A stretch of DNA of 64,000 bases from an uncultured Gemmatimonadales bacterium. GTDB taxonomy: Bacteria > Gemmatimonadota > Gemmatimonadetes > Gemmatimonadales > GWC2-71-9. Under the pieces are notes generated by a model, which saw only the letters and a program-made list of their open reading frames with translations, had not been told where the DNA came from and ran no database searches. A program made the position numbers and the translations under genes. Of the stretch, positions 18,785-28,819 are shown in pieces; the stretch's first letter is position 1; the number at the start of each line of letters is the position of its first letter. The stretch spans positions 448,001 to 512,000 of the forward strand of contig CAVSQW010000006.1 of NCBI GenBank assembly GCA_963730185.1. Reading direction: 5' to 3'.

Positions 18785-20554
18785 TCAGCGGGTGATCGGC
18801 ACCACCAGCGCGCTCGGGTGCTCCCGGTCATGATACACCTTCACATGAGCCACTCGGGCATCCTTCACGGTCTCCTCCGCCACCACGCCGCCCCCGTTGT
18901 AGTTCTTCTCGAACTGGGGGCTGTTCGGTGAGCGGATGAAGAGCCGGAGCCGGCTCCCCTTGGCCAACCGCCGGGCAAAGAACGGAAAGTTGACGAAGTG
19001 GTACGGCAGCACCTGGCCCGCGGGCACCAGGTGCGCCACCCGCGGATCTTCCCGGTAGCGCGCCCGCATCATCGAGGTCGTGAGCTGAATGGCGCTGCCG
19101 TCCGGGAGCACCTCGTAAACCGTCACCTGGAAATCGGTGTCGGGCACGTCCAGCGACATCCAGAGGGTGAGGTCGAGCTGTCCCGCGACCTCGGTCTCCT
19201 CGGCGAAGGGCGCGCTGTGGTAGATCACGCCGTTCCCGCTGGTCTGCATGACGGGCCGCTGGTCCGTGAAGTCGATGGCCGAGGGATGGGTCACGTTGAA
19301 GTCGAACGGATACGGGTCGCGTGGGTCGTAGACGTACCCGTCCGGCGCCGAGGCGACCGGGCCCGCTGCCGCCAGGCGGCCGGTGCCGAAGACGTCGTTG
19401 GCCCCGCCGGCGCTCGAGTCGAGATAGTAGGTGCGATGCTCCGTTGGGATCGCCTCGAGGCTGTCGACGTAGCGCCAGATGTCGCCGTGCATGCCGGCCA
19501 CGTAGTAGGCCACCCGCTTGGCCAGGAACGCGGGCCGGGGGCCGCCGCTCATGGTCCAGTCGTACCAGTCTCCGTTGAGCTTGACGATGTCGACCATCGA
19601 ATTCGGCCCGAAGTGGAGGCCCTGGAAGTCCTGGAGGGGCGTCCGGGTCCCGCCATGCTCCCACGGTCCGATCACGAGGTAGATCCGCTGCCGCTCCGCC
19701 GGCGTGGCGTACTTCAGGAACTCTCGGTAGAACTTGAAGGTCCCCAGCTGATCGCCATCGTACGCCCCGGTGATGGTCAGGATCGGCTGCGTCATCTTCC
19801 CGTACTGCTCCGGCGTCGGCGCGGTGGCCTGCCAGTACGAATCGGGCGTCGGATGATCCAGCCAGCGCTGAAAGACGGTCGAGCGGTTCGCGACGATACT
19901 GTCGAGCGAGCGGAACGGCAGTCCGGCTCGATGCATGACCCGGGCGTACCCGGCCCACTGATCCATGTCGCCGAAGATCGTCGGCTGAGCCGCGTGACCA
20001 CTCGTGAAGGTGAGCCACTGCATGATGTAGGTCGTGAAGATGTTTCCTTCCATCGGGAAGTCGTGGCCCAGGTAAGCTGGGGCCACGGGGACGACGGTGG
20101 TAAGGTGCGGCGGGAGCTCCTTCAAGGTCGACCATTGATCGAACCCGCCATAGGATCCGCCCCACATCGCCACCTTGCCGTTGGACCAGGATTGGGTGCC
20201 GAGCCACTCCACGACGTCGTGACCGTCGCGTCCCTCGTTCACGAACGGTTCGAACTGTCCCTCCGAGTTCCCCCGCCCGCGGACGTCCACCGCCGCGAAG
20301 ACGTAGCCGCGGCGGGCCTGGTAGAGGCCCCACTTGTGATACGTATCGGAGATGTACGGGGTGAGGGTGAAGATCACCGGCAGCGGAGTCGTCACGCCCC
20401 GGGGCCGGTAGAGCGTGGCGCTGAGATGGACGCCGTCGCGGAGCGGGATCTTCACGCCCCATTCGATCTCGACCAGCGAGGAGTCGGGCGTCTGGGCCGA
20501 CGCCGGAGCCGCCAGGCCGAGCCCGACGAGGACCAGCGAGAGGAGGCGGGACAT
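18785..20554 (-). CDS. CocE/NonD family hydrolase (X-Pro dipeptidyl peptidase-like)
   Basis: IPLRDGVHLSA, DVRGRGNSEG, WGGSYGG nucleophile motif, IGPWEH; signal peptide. Confidence 0.95.
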   Translation of the reverse strand: MSRLLSLVLVGLGLAAPASAQTPDSSLVEIEWGVKIPLRDGVHLSATLYRPRGVTTPLPVIFTLTPYISDTYHKWGLYQARRGYVFAAVDVRGRGNSEGQFEPFVNEGRDGHDVVEWLGTQSWSNGKVAMWGGSYGGFDQWSTLKELPPHLTTVVPVAPAYLGHDFPMEGNIFTTYIMQWLTFTSGHAAQPTIFGDMDQWAGYARVMHRAGLPFRSLDSIVANRSTVFQRWLDHPTPDSYWQATAPTPEQYGKMTQPILTITGAYDGDQLGTFKFYREFLKYATPAERQRIYLVIGPWEHGGTRTPLQDFQGLHFGPNSMVDIVKLNGDWYDWTMSGGPRPAFLAKRVAYYVAGMHGDIWRYVDSLEAIPTEHRTYYLDSSAGGANDVFGTGRLAAAGPVASAPDGYVYDPRDPYPFDFNVTHPSAIDFTDQRPVMQTSGNGVIYHSAPFAEETEVAGQLDLTLWMSLDVPDTDFQVTVYEVLPDGSAIQLTTSMMRARYREDPRVAHLVPAGQVLPYHFVNFPFFARRLAKGSRLRLFIRSPNSPQFEKNYNGGGVVAEETVKDARVAHVKVYHDREHPSALVVPITR

Positions 20555-20687
20555 GGCACACCTTCCGGATGTTGAGGGACCGGGAGCAGCGGGGACCGCG
20601 TGTGACTGTTGAAATATCGCGCAAATCTTCAACACTGCAAGCGCGACGATCCCGGACGGCGGCGAATCGGCCGGGATCAGGGGGGAC

Positions 20688-23600
20688 TCAGTCGCTGCCC
20701 GGCTTGAGCGCTCGGTAGGCGGTCTCCACTTCGCGAAGCCAACGCTCGAGCTCGACCTTCCGCTCGATTACGTCGCGCCCCAGCCGTTGGTCGGCGATGC
20801 CGGTCATCCGGTAGAGGTACGCCAGCTCGTCGACCAGCTCCGGGGTCGGGTAGCGGACAGATTGGTCGGCGACGAGGCGGGCGTCGAGCGCGGCGAGCCG
20901 CGTCTTGGCGGGGCCGGTCGCGGGCGGAGATCGGTCGCCACGTCGCGGGCCAGGTGCCTGGCCCGGTTCAACAGATCGCGGACCGCCACCGCGGTGCGCT
21001 GCTGGTCCACCAGGTCGGCAACGGTCACGCCCTCCTTGGCGACCCGCGGATCGATCAGGATCCGGAAGGGACGGGTAGCCGACCAGTCGCCGACCGTGAG
21101 CCGGACCTGGTAGCTCCCCGGTGCTACCCAGGGACCGCCGCGCCCCGAACGGGAGGCGTTGGCGTCCCACGGACCAGGAAGCGAGAAGTCCCACCGGAAC
21201 CGATTGTGCCCGGCCCGCTTGGACAGCTGCGGCACGCCGGCCCGCACGAAGAACGGGCCCCGTTCCTCGCCCCGATTCGACGGGGCGGCGGCAGGCGGGA
21301 GCTCGCTCGAGAACGATCGGAGCACGCCCCCGACCGCATCGAGGATCTCGAGCGTTACCTCGCCGGCCGGAGCCGAGGCGAGCTCGTAGTCGAAGTACAT
21401 CCCGGGCGAGGGATAGTCGCTCGGGCCGCCCCGCCCGCCCGCCGCGTAGCGGAGCCTGAGCGCGTTCCGCGGCGTGAAGAGATACGCCGGACCCGCGCTC
21501 GCCTCGGGCCCGAGCTGCTCCAGCGGGGAGAGATCGTCCAGGATCCAGAAGGCCCGGCCCATGGTGGAGAGGACCAGGTCCTTCCGGTGGATCACGATGT
21601 CGGTGACCGGGGTGATCGGGCAGGTTCTGCTGGAACGGCTGCCAGTGGCCGCCGTCGTCGAACGAGACGAAGAGCCCGTAGTCGGTCCCGGCGTAGAGCA
21701 GGCCAGGGCGGTTCGGATCCTCGCGGACCACTCGGGTGGGATCGTCCCCGGGAATGCCGTTCTGGCCGGTCGTGAGCCGGGTCCAGGTCTTCCCGTAGTC
21801 GGTGGTGCGGTAGATATAGGGCGTGTAGTCACCCAGCATGTAGCGGTAGGCGGCGAAGTACGCCTTGCCGCGCCGATGGGGAGACCATTCGACGTTCTGG
21901 ATCCGCCCGCCCGGGGCCAGATCTTTCGGGGTCACGTCGGCCCAGGTCCGCCCGCCGTTCCGGGTGATGTGCACCGGTCCGTCGTTGGACCCCACGATGA
22001 TGGCGCCCGCTTCGAGCCCGGATTCCTGGACCGCGTAGAGCGTGCTGTAATACTCCTCGCCGGTCACGTCGCGGGTGATCGGCTCGCCGGAGATGACCTG
22101 GGTGCCTTCGGGATGGGCGGTGAGGTCGGGCGAGATCCGGATCCAGGTCTTGCCCTCGTCGAGCGTCCGGTAGAGGTACTGCGACGCGTGATACACCGCG
22201 TGGGGCGGGTGGGGCGACACCGCGATCGGTGACACCCGCTGAAAGCGATCCCGCATCTCCTTGGGATCGTGCCCGTAGAGGTCCCGGGCGCCGACCCAGT
22301 AGGCCTGCTCCTGGCCGGTCCGGTCGTCGTAGCGGCCGAACTGACCCTTGCAGTTGGAGTAGACGACCGCCGGGTCGCCCGGCTTCGGGATGGCGGGGCC
22401 GGTCTCGCAGCCGCCGACCTGCTTCCACCAGGCCGCCGGGGTATCCGGCCGCCAATCGGCCGGCGGGAGGCTCGGCACCGCGATGGTGGTGTTGTCCTGC
22501 TGGCCCGCGTAGAGCCAGTACGGGGTCCGGTCGTCGACCGCCACCTGGTAGAGCTCGCCGGTGGGCTGGTTGAGCTGGGTCGACCAGGTCCGGCCGCCGT
22601 CCCGGGTGACGTTGGCGCCGCCGTCGTTCGACTCGATCCAGATCAGGTGGTCGTTGGGGTTGATCCAGAGGTCGTGGTGGTCGCCGTGCGGGGCCGACTT
22701 TCGCCGCCAGGTCTTGCCGCCGTCGCTCGACCCGAAGAAGCCGGTGGTCTCGACGAAGACGGCGTCGGCGTCGGTCGGGTCGGCGTCGATGTTGTCGTAG
22801 TAGAAGGGCCGGTCCAGCAGCGAGCTCTGGGTGCTCGTCAGCGTCCAGGTGGCACCGCGATCGTCGCTCCGGTAGACGCCGCCCTCGCCCACCGGGGCCT
22901 CCACCAGAGCGTAGACCCGGCTCGGGTCGGCGGCCGAGACGGCCAGGTCGCTCTTGCCGATGAGACCCTGGGGCAGTCCACCGGCCAGCTTCATCCAGGT
23001 ATCGCCGCCGTCGGTCGACTTGTAGATCCCACCTTCCCGCCCCCCGCTGATGATCGTCCAGGGCTTCCGCTGCCCGCGCCACATGGTGGCGTAGACCTCG
23101 CGCGGGTTGTCGGGAGCCAGCTCCAGATCGGCCGCGCCGGTGGAGTCCGAGACGAACAGGACCTTCCGCCAGGTGGCCCCGCCGTCGGTGGTTCGGAACA
23201 CACCCCGGTCGGCATTGGGCACGAAGGCATTGCCGATCGCCGCCACGAAGACGATATCTGGGTTGTGCGGATCGACGACCACGGCGCCGATCTGGCCGAC
23301 GTCGCGAAGCCCCACGAAGGTCCAGGTCTTCCCGGCGTCGGTCGACTTGTATACGCCGCGTCCGGTGATCACGTTGCTTCGGATGCCGTCGGAGCCGGTC
23401 CCGGCGTAGACGACCGAGGGATCGGAGTCGGCCACGTCGATCGCGCCGATGGAGGACGAGGCGAAGAAGCCGTCCGAGACATTGTCCCAGCTCTGGCCGT
23501 AGTCCGTCGACTTCCAGACGCCGCCACCGGAGCTGCCCAGATAGAACGTCCCCGGCTCGGTCGCTATTCCGGTCACCGCCGTGGCCCGGCCCCCGCGGGA

Positions 23601-23732
23601 CGGACCGACCAGCCGAAACTGGAGACCCTGGAACAGGGTGCTCGATGGCACCGGCGCTTGCGCGATACTGGGAACGGGAACGGCCAGAGCCACCGTGGCG
23701 AGAGCCGACAAGAACAGGCACTGAGTTCGCAT
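20688..23732 (-). CDS. VPS10/BNR-repeat beta-propeller glycosyl hydrolase-like protein, with two compensating frameshifts
   Basis: Repeated SxDxGxTW Asp-boxes; the true frame switches at about 21620 into ORF 20804..21832 (ITPVTDIVIHRKDLVLSTMGRAFWILDD) and back at about 20925. Confidence 0.9.
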   Translation of the reverse strand: MRTQCLFLSALATVALAVPVPSIAQAPVPSSTLFQGLQFRLVGPSRGGRATAVTGIATEPGTFYLGSSGGGVWKSTDYGQSWDNVSDGFFASSSIGAIDVADSDPSVVYAGTGSDGIRSNVITGRGVYKSTDAGKTWTFVGLRDVGQIGAVVVDPHNPDIVFVAAIGNAFVPNADRGVFRTTDGGATWRKVLFVSDSTGAADLELAPDNPREVYATMWRGQRKPWTIISGGREGGIYKSTDGGDTWMKLAGGLPQGLIGKSDLAVSAADPSRVYALVEAPVGEGGVYRSDDRGATWTLTSTQSSLLDRPFYYDNIDADPTDADAVFVETTGFFGSSDGGKTWRRKSAPHGDHHDLWINPNDHLIWIESNDGGANVTRDGGRTWSTQLNQPTGELYQVAVDDRTPYWLYAGQQDNTTIAVPSLPPADWRPDTPAAWWKQVGGCETGPAIPKPGDPAVVYSNCKGQFGRYDDRTGQEQAYWVGARDLYGHDPKEMRDRFQRVSPIAVSPHPPHAVYHASQYLYRTLDEGKTWIRISPDLTAHPEGTQVISGEPITRDVTGEEYYSTLYAVQESGLEAGAIIVGSNDGPVHITRNGGRTWADVTPKDLAPGGRIQNVEWSPHRRGKAYFAAYRYMLGDYTPYIYRTTDYGKTWTRLTTGQNGIPGDDPTRVVREDPNRPGLLYAGTDYGLFVSFDDGGHWQPFQQNLPDHPGHRHRDPPEGPGPLHHGPGLLDPGRSLPAGAARARGERGSGVSLHAAERAQAPLRGGRAGRPERLSLARDVLRLRARLGSGRRGNARDPRCGRGRAPIVLERAPACRRPVESGRGTGPVLRAGRRAAAVQAGRAQSVPVGLLASWSVGRQRLPFGARRSLGSTGELPGPAHGRRLVGYPSLPDPDRSAGRQGGRDRCRPGGPAAHRGGGPRSVEPGQAPGPRRGDRSPPATGPAKTRLAALDARLVADQSVRYPTPELVDELAYLYRMTGIADQRLGRDVIERKVELERWLREVETAYRALKPGSD

Positions 23733-23833
23733 GGCGATAATTGGCAAGGAGTTAGATCGATGACCAACGACGCGGCCGCCGGTCGGGCCGGCGGCCTCCA
23801 GCGGGGCACGGGTCCTGCGAGGACGGGGACGAC

Positions 23834-24241
23834 ATGAACAATTTGGTGGCACGATTCGTCGATGGCCGGGTGCTCAAGGGCACGTCGCTTAACGTGGATC
23901 CGACCAAGCCGGCGTTCCACGTGCGGACGCCGGACGGCCCGGTCGAGGTGAAGCTGGCCGACCTCAAGGCCCTGTTCTTCGTGAAGTCGCTGGACGGTAA
24001 CGCCGCCCACGACGAAGCGATGACCCCGACCGACGGCGACCCTCGGCTGGTGGGCGGCAAGCCGGTCGCGGTGATCTTCAAGGATCGCGAGAAGATCGTG
24101 GGGGTGACCAATCGGTTTCCCCCGAACAAGCCGTTCTTCTTCATGCTTCCCATCGACCCGAAGAGCAACAACATTCGGATCCTGGTCAACAAGGGCGCCG
24201 CGATCTCGATCAGGGAAGCGACCGACCTCGCGGCGTCCTGA
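23834..24241 (+). CDS. DUF6982-like conserved hypothetical protein
   Basis: VARFVDGRVLKG...LKALFFVK...FFMLPIDPKSNNIRILV; GGGGA RBS. Confidence 0.75.
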   Translation: MNNLVARFVDGRVLKGTSLNVDPTKPAFHVRTPDGPVEVKLADLKALFFVKSLDGNAAHDEAMTPTDGDPRLVGGKPVAVIFKDREKIVGVTNRFPPNKPFFFMLPIDPKSNNIRILVNKGAAISIREATDLAAS

Positions 24242-24253
24242 CCCGGCCCGGGG

Positions 24254-25963
24254 CTATTTGCCCTCCTGGAGTTGGCGCTCCCGAATCGCCTTGAATTCGC
24301 TCCCCGGCTTCCAGGCCGGCAGCGTCGCGGCGTTCGCGACCCGGTAGCCGACCGTCATCAGCAGCTGGATGTCCTCCACCGCGCCGGAGAGGTCCCAATC
24401 CGGCTTCACCTCGTCCGACGGCTTGTGGTAGTCCTCGGCGACGTATCGCTCCCGAACCTTCACTCCGTAGTCGGCCGGCTTGCCGACGTAGTCGACCCCG
24501 CTGTCGAGGTAGAGCGCCGGCACGCCCTGCTTGGCGAAGTTGAAGTGATCGGAGCGGTAGTAGTAACCCTTTTCGGGCTCCGGATCCGGCCGGATCACCC
24601 GGCCCTGCTCCTTCGCGGCCGCCTCGACGTAGTCGTCCAGCTCCGAGGCGCCGAGCCCGATCACCGTCACATCCTTGGTCCGGCCGGCCAGGTTGAGCCC
24701 GTCGATGTTGATCGCCGCCGCCGTCTTGGCCAAGGGGTAGAGCGGCGTCACCGAGTAGTACTCCGAGCCCAGGAGCCCCTGCTCCTCCGCCGTCACGGCC
24801 AGGAACAGGAGCGAGCGCTTGGGCTTGGTCGAAAGCTGGGTAAACGCCCGGGCGATCTCGACCACCGCCGCGGTGCCCGAGGCGTTGTCGAGCGCGCCGT
24901 TGTAGATCGAGTCGCCGTTCACCGGGTCGCCCACGCCGAAGTGGTCCCAGTGCCCCATGAAGATCACCTCCTGGCCCGCGAGGGTCGGGTCGCTTCCCTC
25001 GAGCTTGGCGATCACGTTCCGGGAGTCGATGGTCCGGAGCGTGTTGTGGATCGTCATCGACGCCGTGACGCCCAGGTCGGCGGGTTTGAAGTCGCGGGTG
25101 GCGGCCGCGGTCTTGAGCGAATCGAAGTCGAACCCCGCCATCGCCATCAGAGCCTTGGCCTGATCGAGCGTGATCCAGCCCTCGAGATTGGCGCGGCTCA
25201 TGTTCTTGTCGGGCGTGACCAGGTCGAACCGCTCGCTCGTCATGCCCTGCACCACCGCCCAGGGATAGCCGGCCGGCCCGGTCTCGTGAACGATGAACAC
25301 GGCCGCCGCCTTGTGGCGCTGCCCCTGCTCGTACTTGTAGGTCCAGCGGCCGTAGTAGGTCATGGCCTTGCCGCCGAACATCGCCGAATCGAGCTGCGCC
25401 GGGTTGGCCCGGTCGGGCACCGGTGGGTCGTTCACCAGCATGATGAGGGTCTTGCCGCTGACGTCCATGCCCTTGAAGTCGTCCCACCGATACTCCGGCG
25501 CCTCGATCCCGTAGCCGACGAAGACCACGTCCGAGCCGGAAATCCCAGCTCGATCGGCCACGTGCTTCGAGAACGCGGAGACGTCCTTCTTGTACTCGAG
25601 CACCCGGCGCTGGCCGTGCCCCTGGAACACGAGTGAGGTGTTGGGATCGGGGGTGATTCCGACCAGCGGCACCTTCTGGATGTAGGTCCCGTCCGGGTTG
25701 CCGGGCGCCAGTCCCATGCCCTTGAACTCGCGCTCGAGATAGGCCACCGCGCTGTCCTCGCCGCTGGTCCCCGGACCCCGCCCGCGGAAGGCGTCGGAGG
25801 AGAGGATCTTGATGCTGGCCAGCAGGGTGTCGGCCGAGACGGCATCGAGCGCCTGGACCGGGGTGTCGCCTCCGGCGCCCGAGCCCGGACCGCAGGCCCA
25901 CAGGCCGAGCGAGAGCAGCAAGGCCGGGGCGAGCCGGCGCGAAGATCGATGTCGGTACCTCAT
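24254..25963 (-). CDS. M28 family metallopeptidase with PA domain, lipoprotein
   Basis: GHWDHFG, NGALDNASG, TAEEQGLLGS, RSDHFNF and YHKPSD motifs; LWAC lipobox. Confidence 0.95.
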   Translation of the reverse strand: MRYRHRSSRRLAPALLLSLGLWACGPGSGAGGDTPVQALDAVSADTLLASIKILSSDAFRGRGPGTSGEDSAVAYLEREFKGMGLAPGNPDGTYIQKVPLVGITPDPNTSLVFQGHGQRRVLEYKKDVSAFSKHVADRAGISGSDVVFVGYGIEAPEYRWDDFKGMDVSGKTLIMLVNDPPVPDRANPAQLDSAMFGGKAMTYYGRWTYKYEQGQRHKAAAVFIVHETGPAGYPWAVVQGMTSERFDLVTPDKNMSRANLEGWITLDQAKALMAMAGFDFDSLKTAAATRDFKPADLGVTASMTIHNTLRTIDSRNVIAKLEGSDPTLAGQEVIFMGHWDHFGVGDPVNGDSIYNGALDNASGTAAVVEIARAFTQLSTKPKRSLLFLAVTAEEQGLLGSEYYSVTPLYPLAKTAAAINIDGLNLAGRTKDVTVIGLGASELDDYVEAAAKEQGRVIRPDPEPEKGYYYRSDHFNFAKQGVPALYLDSGVDYVGKPADYGVKVRERYVAEDYHKPSDEVKPDWDLSGAVEDIQLLMTVGYRVANAATLPAWKPGSEFKAIRERQLQEGK

Positions 25964-26096
25964 CAGGGCACTCCCTGTCCGGTGACGGTGTCAGTCCTGT
26001 CTCGCACTAGCGAGAATATCACGACCCCAGGGACCGGGCGTAAGAGCCGAGGGCCGGTACGACGAGGGCCGGCGGCGAGCCGGCCCCGTCCATCGG

Positions 26097-26234
26097 TCAA
26101 CCGCCGAGACTCGCCGGTGGCTCCACCACATGGTCGTCGGCCGGGGCGGTCAAGACCCGCCAGTAACACCAGAAGGCGAGGCCCCAGACGCACACCAGGG
26201 CCACGGACATGATCATCAGGCCGCCAGTCGTCAT
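26097..26234 (-). CDS. 45-aa membrane microprotein, putative NSS transporter small subunit (MetS-like), copy 1
   Basis: Hand translation MTTGGLMIMSVALVCVWGLAFWCYWRVLTAPADDHVVEPPASLGG; AGGAG RBS; absent from ORF track. Confidence 0.85.
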   Translation of the reverse strand: MTTGGLMIMSVALVCVWGLAFWCYWRVLTAPADDHVVEPPASLGG

Positions 26235-26249
26235 GATCGTCTCCTCTCG

Positions 26250-27848
26250 TCAGCTGCTCAGGGGCAGCTTGCCGTCGAGATCCCGACCCTCCGCGCGCCA
26301 GCGCTGCTCGCCGGCTCGGACGGCGACCATCAGCACGACCACCATGACGCCGATCAGGAGGAGCGCCAGCCGGGTGCCGGTGCTGGCCCAGGCCGCCTGG
26401 AGCGCCCCGATCAAGTTCTGCTTGAGCCAGAGCACGAAGATGATGAGCAGATAGAGCGGGGTCACGTACTTGAGAATGAACTTGAAGAAGCTCGGCAGGC
26501 GGAGAGCCGAGCCGTCGTGCATCTCGTCCCATCCTTTGTCGATCCCGAAGACCCAGCTGAAACAGATGATCTGGACCATCGCCATCACGAAGATGAGCAG
26601 CGTCCCGACCCAGAAGTCCAGCGTGCTCCAGAACGCGCCATCCTTGGTGAACCAGATGGTCAGGATCGAGCCCAGCGTCCCCAGCAGCACCATCCAGGTC
26701 GTGGCCCGGCGGTGGACCATGCCGAACGCTTCCTTCAGGAAGGCGATGGCCGGCTGGTACATCGAGAGCGAGCTCGTGATCGCGGCCAGGAACAGCATGA
26801 AGAACCAGACCGCGCCCATCAGGTTGCCGACCGGACCCATGTGGGCGAACACCACCGGCAGGGTGGCGAACCCCAACGCGAAGGAGCCGGTCTGGACCGC
26901 GCCGATCGTCCCGGCCAGGCCCAGGAACACGAACGAGGCCGTGAGCGTGATCATCCCTCCGAAGCCGACCTCGAAGAGCTCGTTGGTCGCGGCCGCGGTG
27001 AGCGACGACAGCACCACGTCGTCCTTGGGCTTCATGTACGACGAGTAGTTCAGGATGATGCCGAAGCCCACCGAAATGCTGAAGAAGATCTGGCCGGCCG
27101 CCGCCAGCCAGGTGTTCGAATCACCCAGCTTCGAGAAGTTTGGGTTCCACATGTACCCGAGGCCGTTCATGACGCTCTGGCCGGGCGCCGACGGATCGGG
27201 CGTGCCCAGGGTGAGCACCCGGATGAGCACGATCAGGGCGCAGACCGCCATCACCGGCATGGCGATGGTGCAGAACTTCTCGATGCCCTTGGAGAGCCCG
27301 CGATAGAGGAGCACCACGTTCGCGCCGAACACCAGGGCCCAGCACACCAGCGTGAATTTGGGCCCGGTGAAGAGGATGCCATCCTGCCCGGCGCCGGTGA
27401 TGGCGTTGTAGGCGGCGGTCGAGGCGGCGGTCTGGTCGGCGATCGACGCCGCGCGGTCGATCCCGACGCCGCCGGTCAGGTACTTGATGAAATAGGCGAC
27501 GGTCCAGGACTCGATGAAGACGTAGTAGAACGCCACCGCGAGCGGGATCAGCGCCCCGATCACCCCCAGGTAGCGCCAGAGGCTTCTCCCGCCGATGACC
27601 CCCAGCACGCCCGGGGCCGAGTGAAAGCCCCGCTTCCCGGCATAGCGGCCCATGGTCCACTCGGCCCAACCGATCGGGATGCCCAACAGGAGGAGCGCCG
27701 CGAAGTAGGGGATGATGAATGCCCCACCGCCGTTCTGGGCCGCCTGACCCGGAAACCGGAGAAAGTTCCCGAGTCCCACGGCCGACCCGGCGACCGCCAG
27801 GATCACACCGAGACGGCTACCCCACTGCTCCTGTTGCTCAGAGGCCAT
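26250..27848 (-). CDS. Sodium-dependent transporter, NSS/SNF (LeuT-like) family
   Basis: WGSRLGVILAVAGSAVGLGNFLRFP, NGGGAFIIPY, QIFFSISVGFG and FLAAITSS motifs. Confidence 0.96.
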   Translation of the reverse strand: MASEQQEQWGSRLGVILAVAGSAVGLGNFLRFPGQAAQNGGGAFIIPYFAALLLLGIPIGWAEWTMGRYAGKRGFHSAPGVLGVIGGRSLWRYLGVIGALIPLAVAFYYVFIESWTVAYFIKYLTGGVGIDRAASIADQTAASTAAYNAITGAGQDGILFTGPKFTLVCWALVFGANVVLLYRGLSKGIEKFCTIAMPVMAVCALIVLIRVLTLGTPDPSAPGQSVMNGLGYMWNPNFSKLGDSNTWLAAAGQIFFSISVGFGIILNYSSYMKPKDDVVLSSLTAAATNELFEVGFGGMITLTASFVFLGLAGTIGAVQTGSFALGFATLPVVFAHMGPVGNLMGAVWFFMLFLAAITSSLSMYQPAIAFLKEAFGMVHRRATTWMVLLGTLGSILTIWFTKDGAFWSTLDFWVGTLLIFVMAMVQIICFSWVFGIDKGWDEMHDGSALRLPSFFKFILKYVTPLYLLIIFVLWLKQNLIGALQAAWASTGTRLALLLIGVMVVVLMVAVRAGEQRWRAEGRDLDGKLPLSS

Positions 27849-28058
27849 TCGAGTTTCCGCGATCGAGTAGGGTTCGTCGTGCGCCGCGGGCGTCCCGACC
27901 CGCGAGACGCCCGGACTGGATGACAGCTGAGGAGGACCACTCCGCGCCCCAAGGTACGGCTGGCCCAATGCCCCGTCAACCGAACCCGCAACCTCAAGCA
28001 CGACACGGGGATCGGACAGACTCCCGATCCCCGTGTCGGCACCTGGGCCCTGGCCCGG

Positions 28059-28196
28059 TCAGCCGCCCAGACTGGCCGGCGGCTCCACCACGTGGTCGTC
28101 CGGAGGCGCGGTCAGCACCCGGTAGAAGCACCAGGCAGCGAGCCCCCACACGAACCCGTTGGCGACCAGCATGATGATCCAGCCACCCGTCGTCAT
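28059..28196 (-). CDS. 45-aa membrane microprotein, putative NSS transporter small subunit (MetS-like), copy 2
   Basis: MTTGGWIIMLVANGFVWGLAAWCFYRVLTAPPDDHVVEPPASLGG; GAGG RBS; paralogue of 26097-26234. Confidence 0.85.
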   Translation of the reverse strand: MTTGGWIIMLVANGFVWGLAAWCFYRVLTAPPDDHVVEPPASLGG

Positions 28197-28345
28197 GGGT
28201 GACCTCTGTCGGCGAAAGGTTCGTGAGGACTCGGCGTCGGAGGACGGCCTGACGACCGTGGCCACCGGAATCCAGATCGGGGAGGGACGCGAAGCTTACG
28301 GGCCATCCTCACGCGGGTCAACGGACCGCCTATTATTGGGCCGCC

Positions 28346-28702
28346 ATGCCAACCTCCCACCGCTCGACCTCCGGCGCCGCCCGAACCACTCCCGGGGCGA
28401 CGGCCTACCAGCGGATCTACGCCGTGGTCCGGAAGATCCCGCGAGGCCGGGTGGCGTCCTATGGACAGGTGGCCCGGCTGGCCGGGCTCGCCCGCCAAGC
28501 CCGCCAGGTCGGCTACGCCATGCACGCCTTGCCCCAGGGCACCGCGGTGCCGTGGCATCGGGTGGTCAACGCCGCCGGCGAGATCAGCCGCCGCGCTCGA
28601 GGCGCCGGTGAGCTGGAACAGCGCGGCCTCCTCGAGCGCGAAGGCGTCGAGTTCAGCTGGCGGGGGCGAATCGACCTGGGCAGATTCGGCTGGAAGCGCT
28701 GA
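28346..28702 (+). CDS. Alkyltransferase-like (ATL, MGMT family) DNA-damage-binding protein
   Basis: IPRGRVASYGQVA, ARQVG, and PWHRVVN (Trp in place of the catalytic Cys). Confidence 0.92.
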   Translation: MPTSHRSTSGAARTTPGATAYQRIYAVVRKIPRGRVASYGQVARLAGLARQARQVGYAMHALPQGTAVPWHRVVNAAGEISRRARGAGELEQRGLLEREGVEFSWRGRIDLGRFGWKR

Positions 28703-28819
28703 CCGCCAATCCACCGGGAGGGCCGGATGAGGCCGAAATCAGGAACACCACCCGGTGACCACCTTCCGCTGCGCCCGCGGCGGCTACCTCTAGGCCTGCG
28801 CCATGCGCAATCCTGATCG

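Noticed and set aside
28346..28702. Loss of the catalytic Cys (PWHRV) as a novelty
   Set aside because: This is the known signature of ATL proteins
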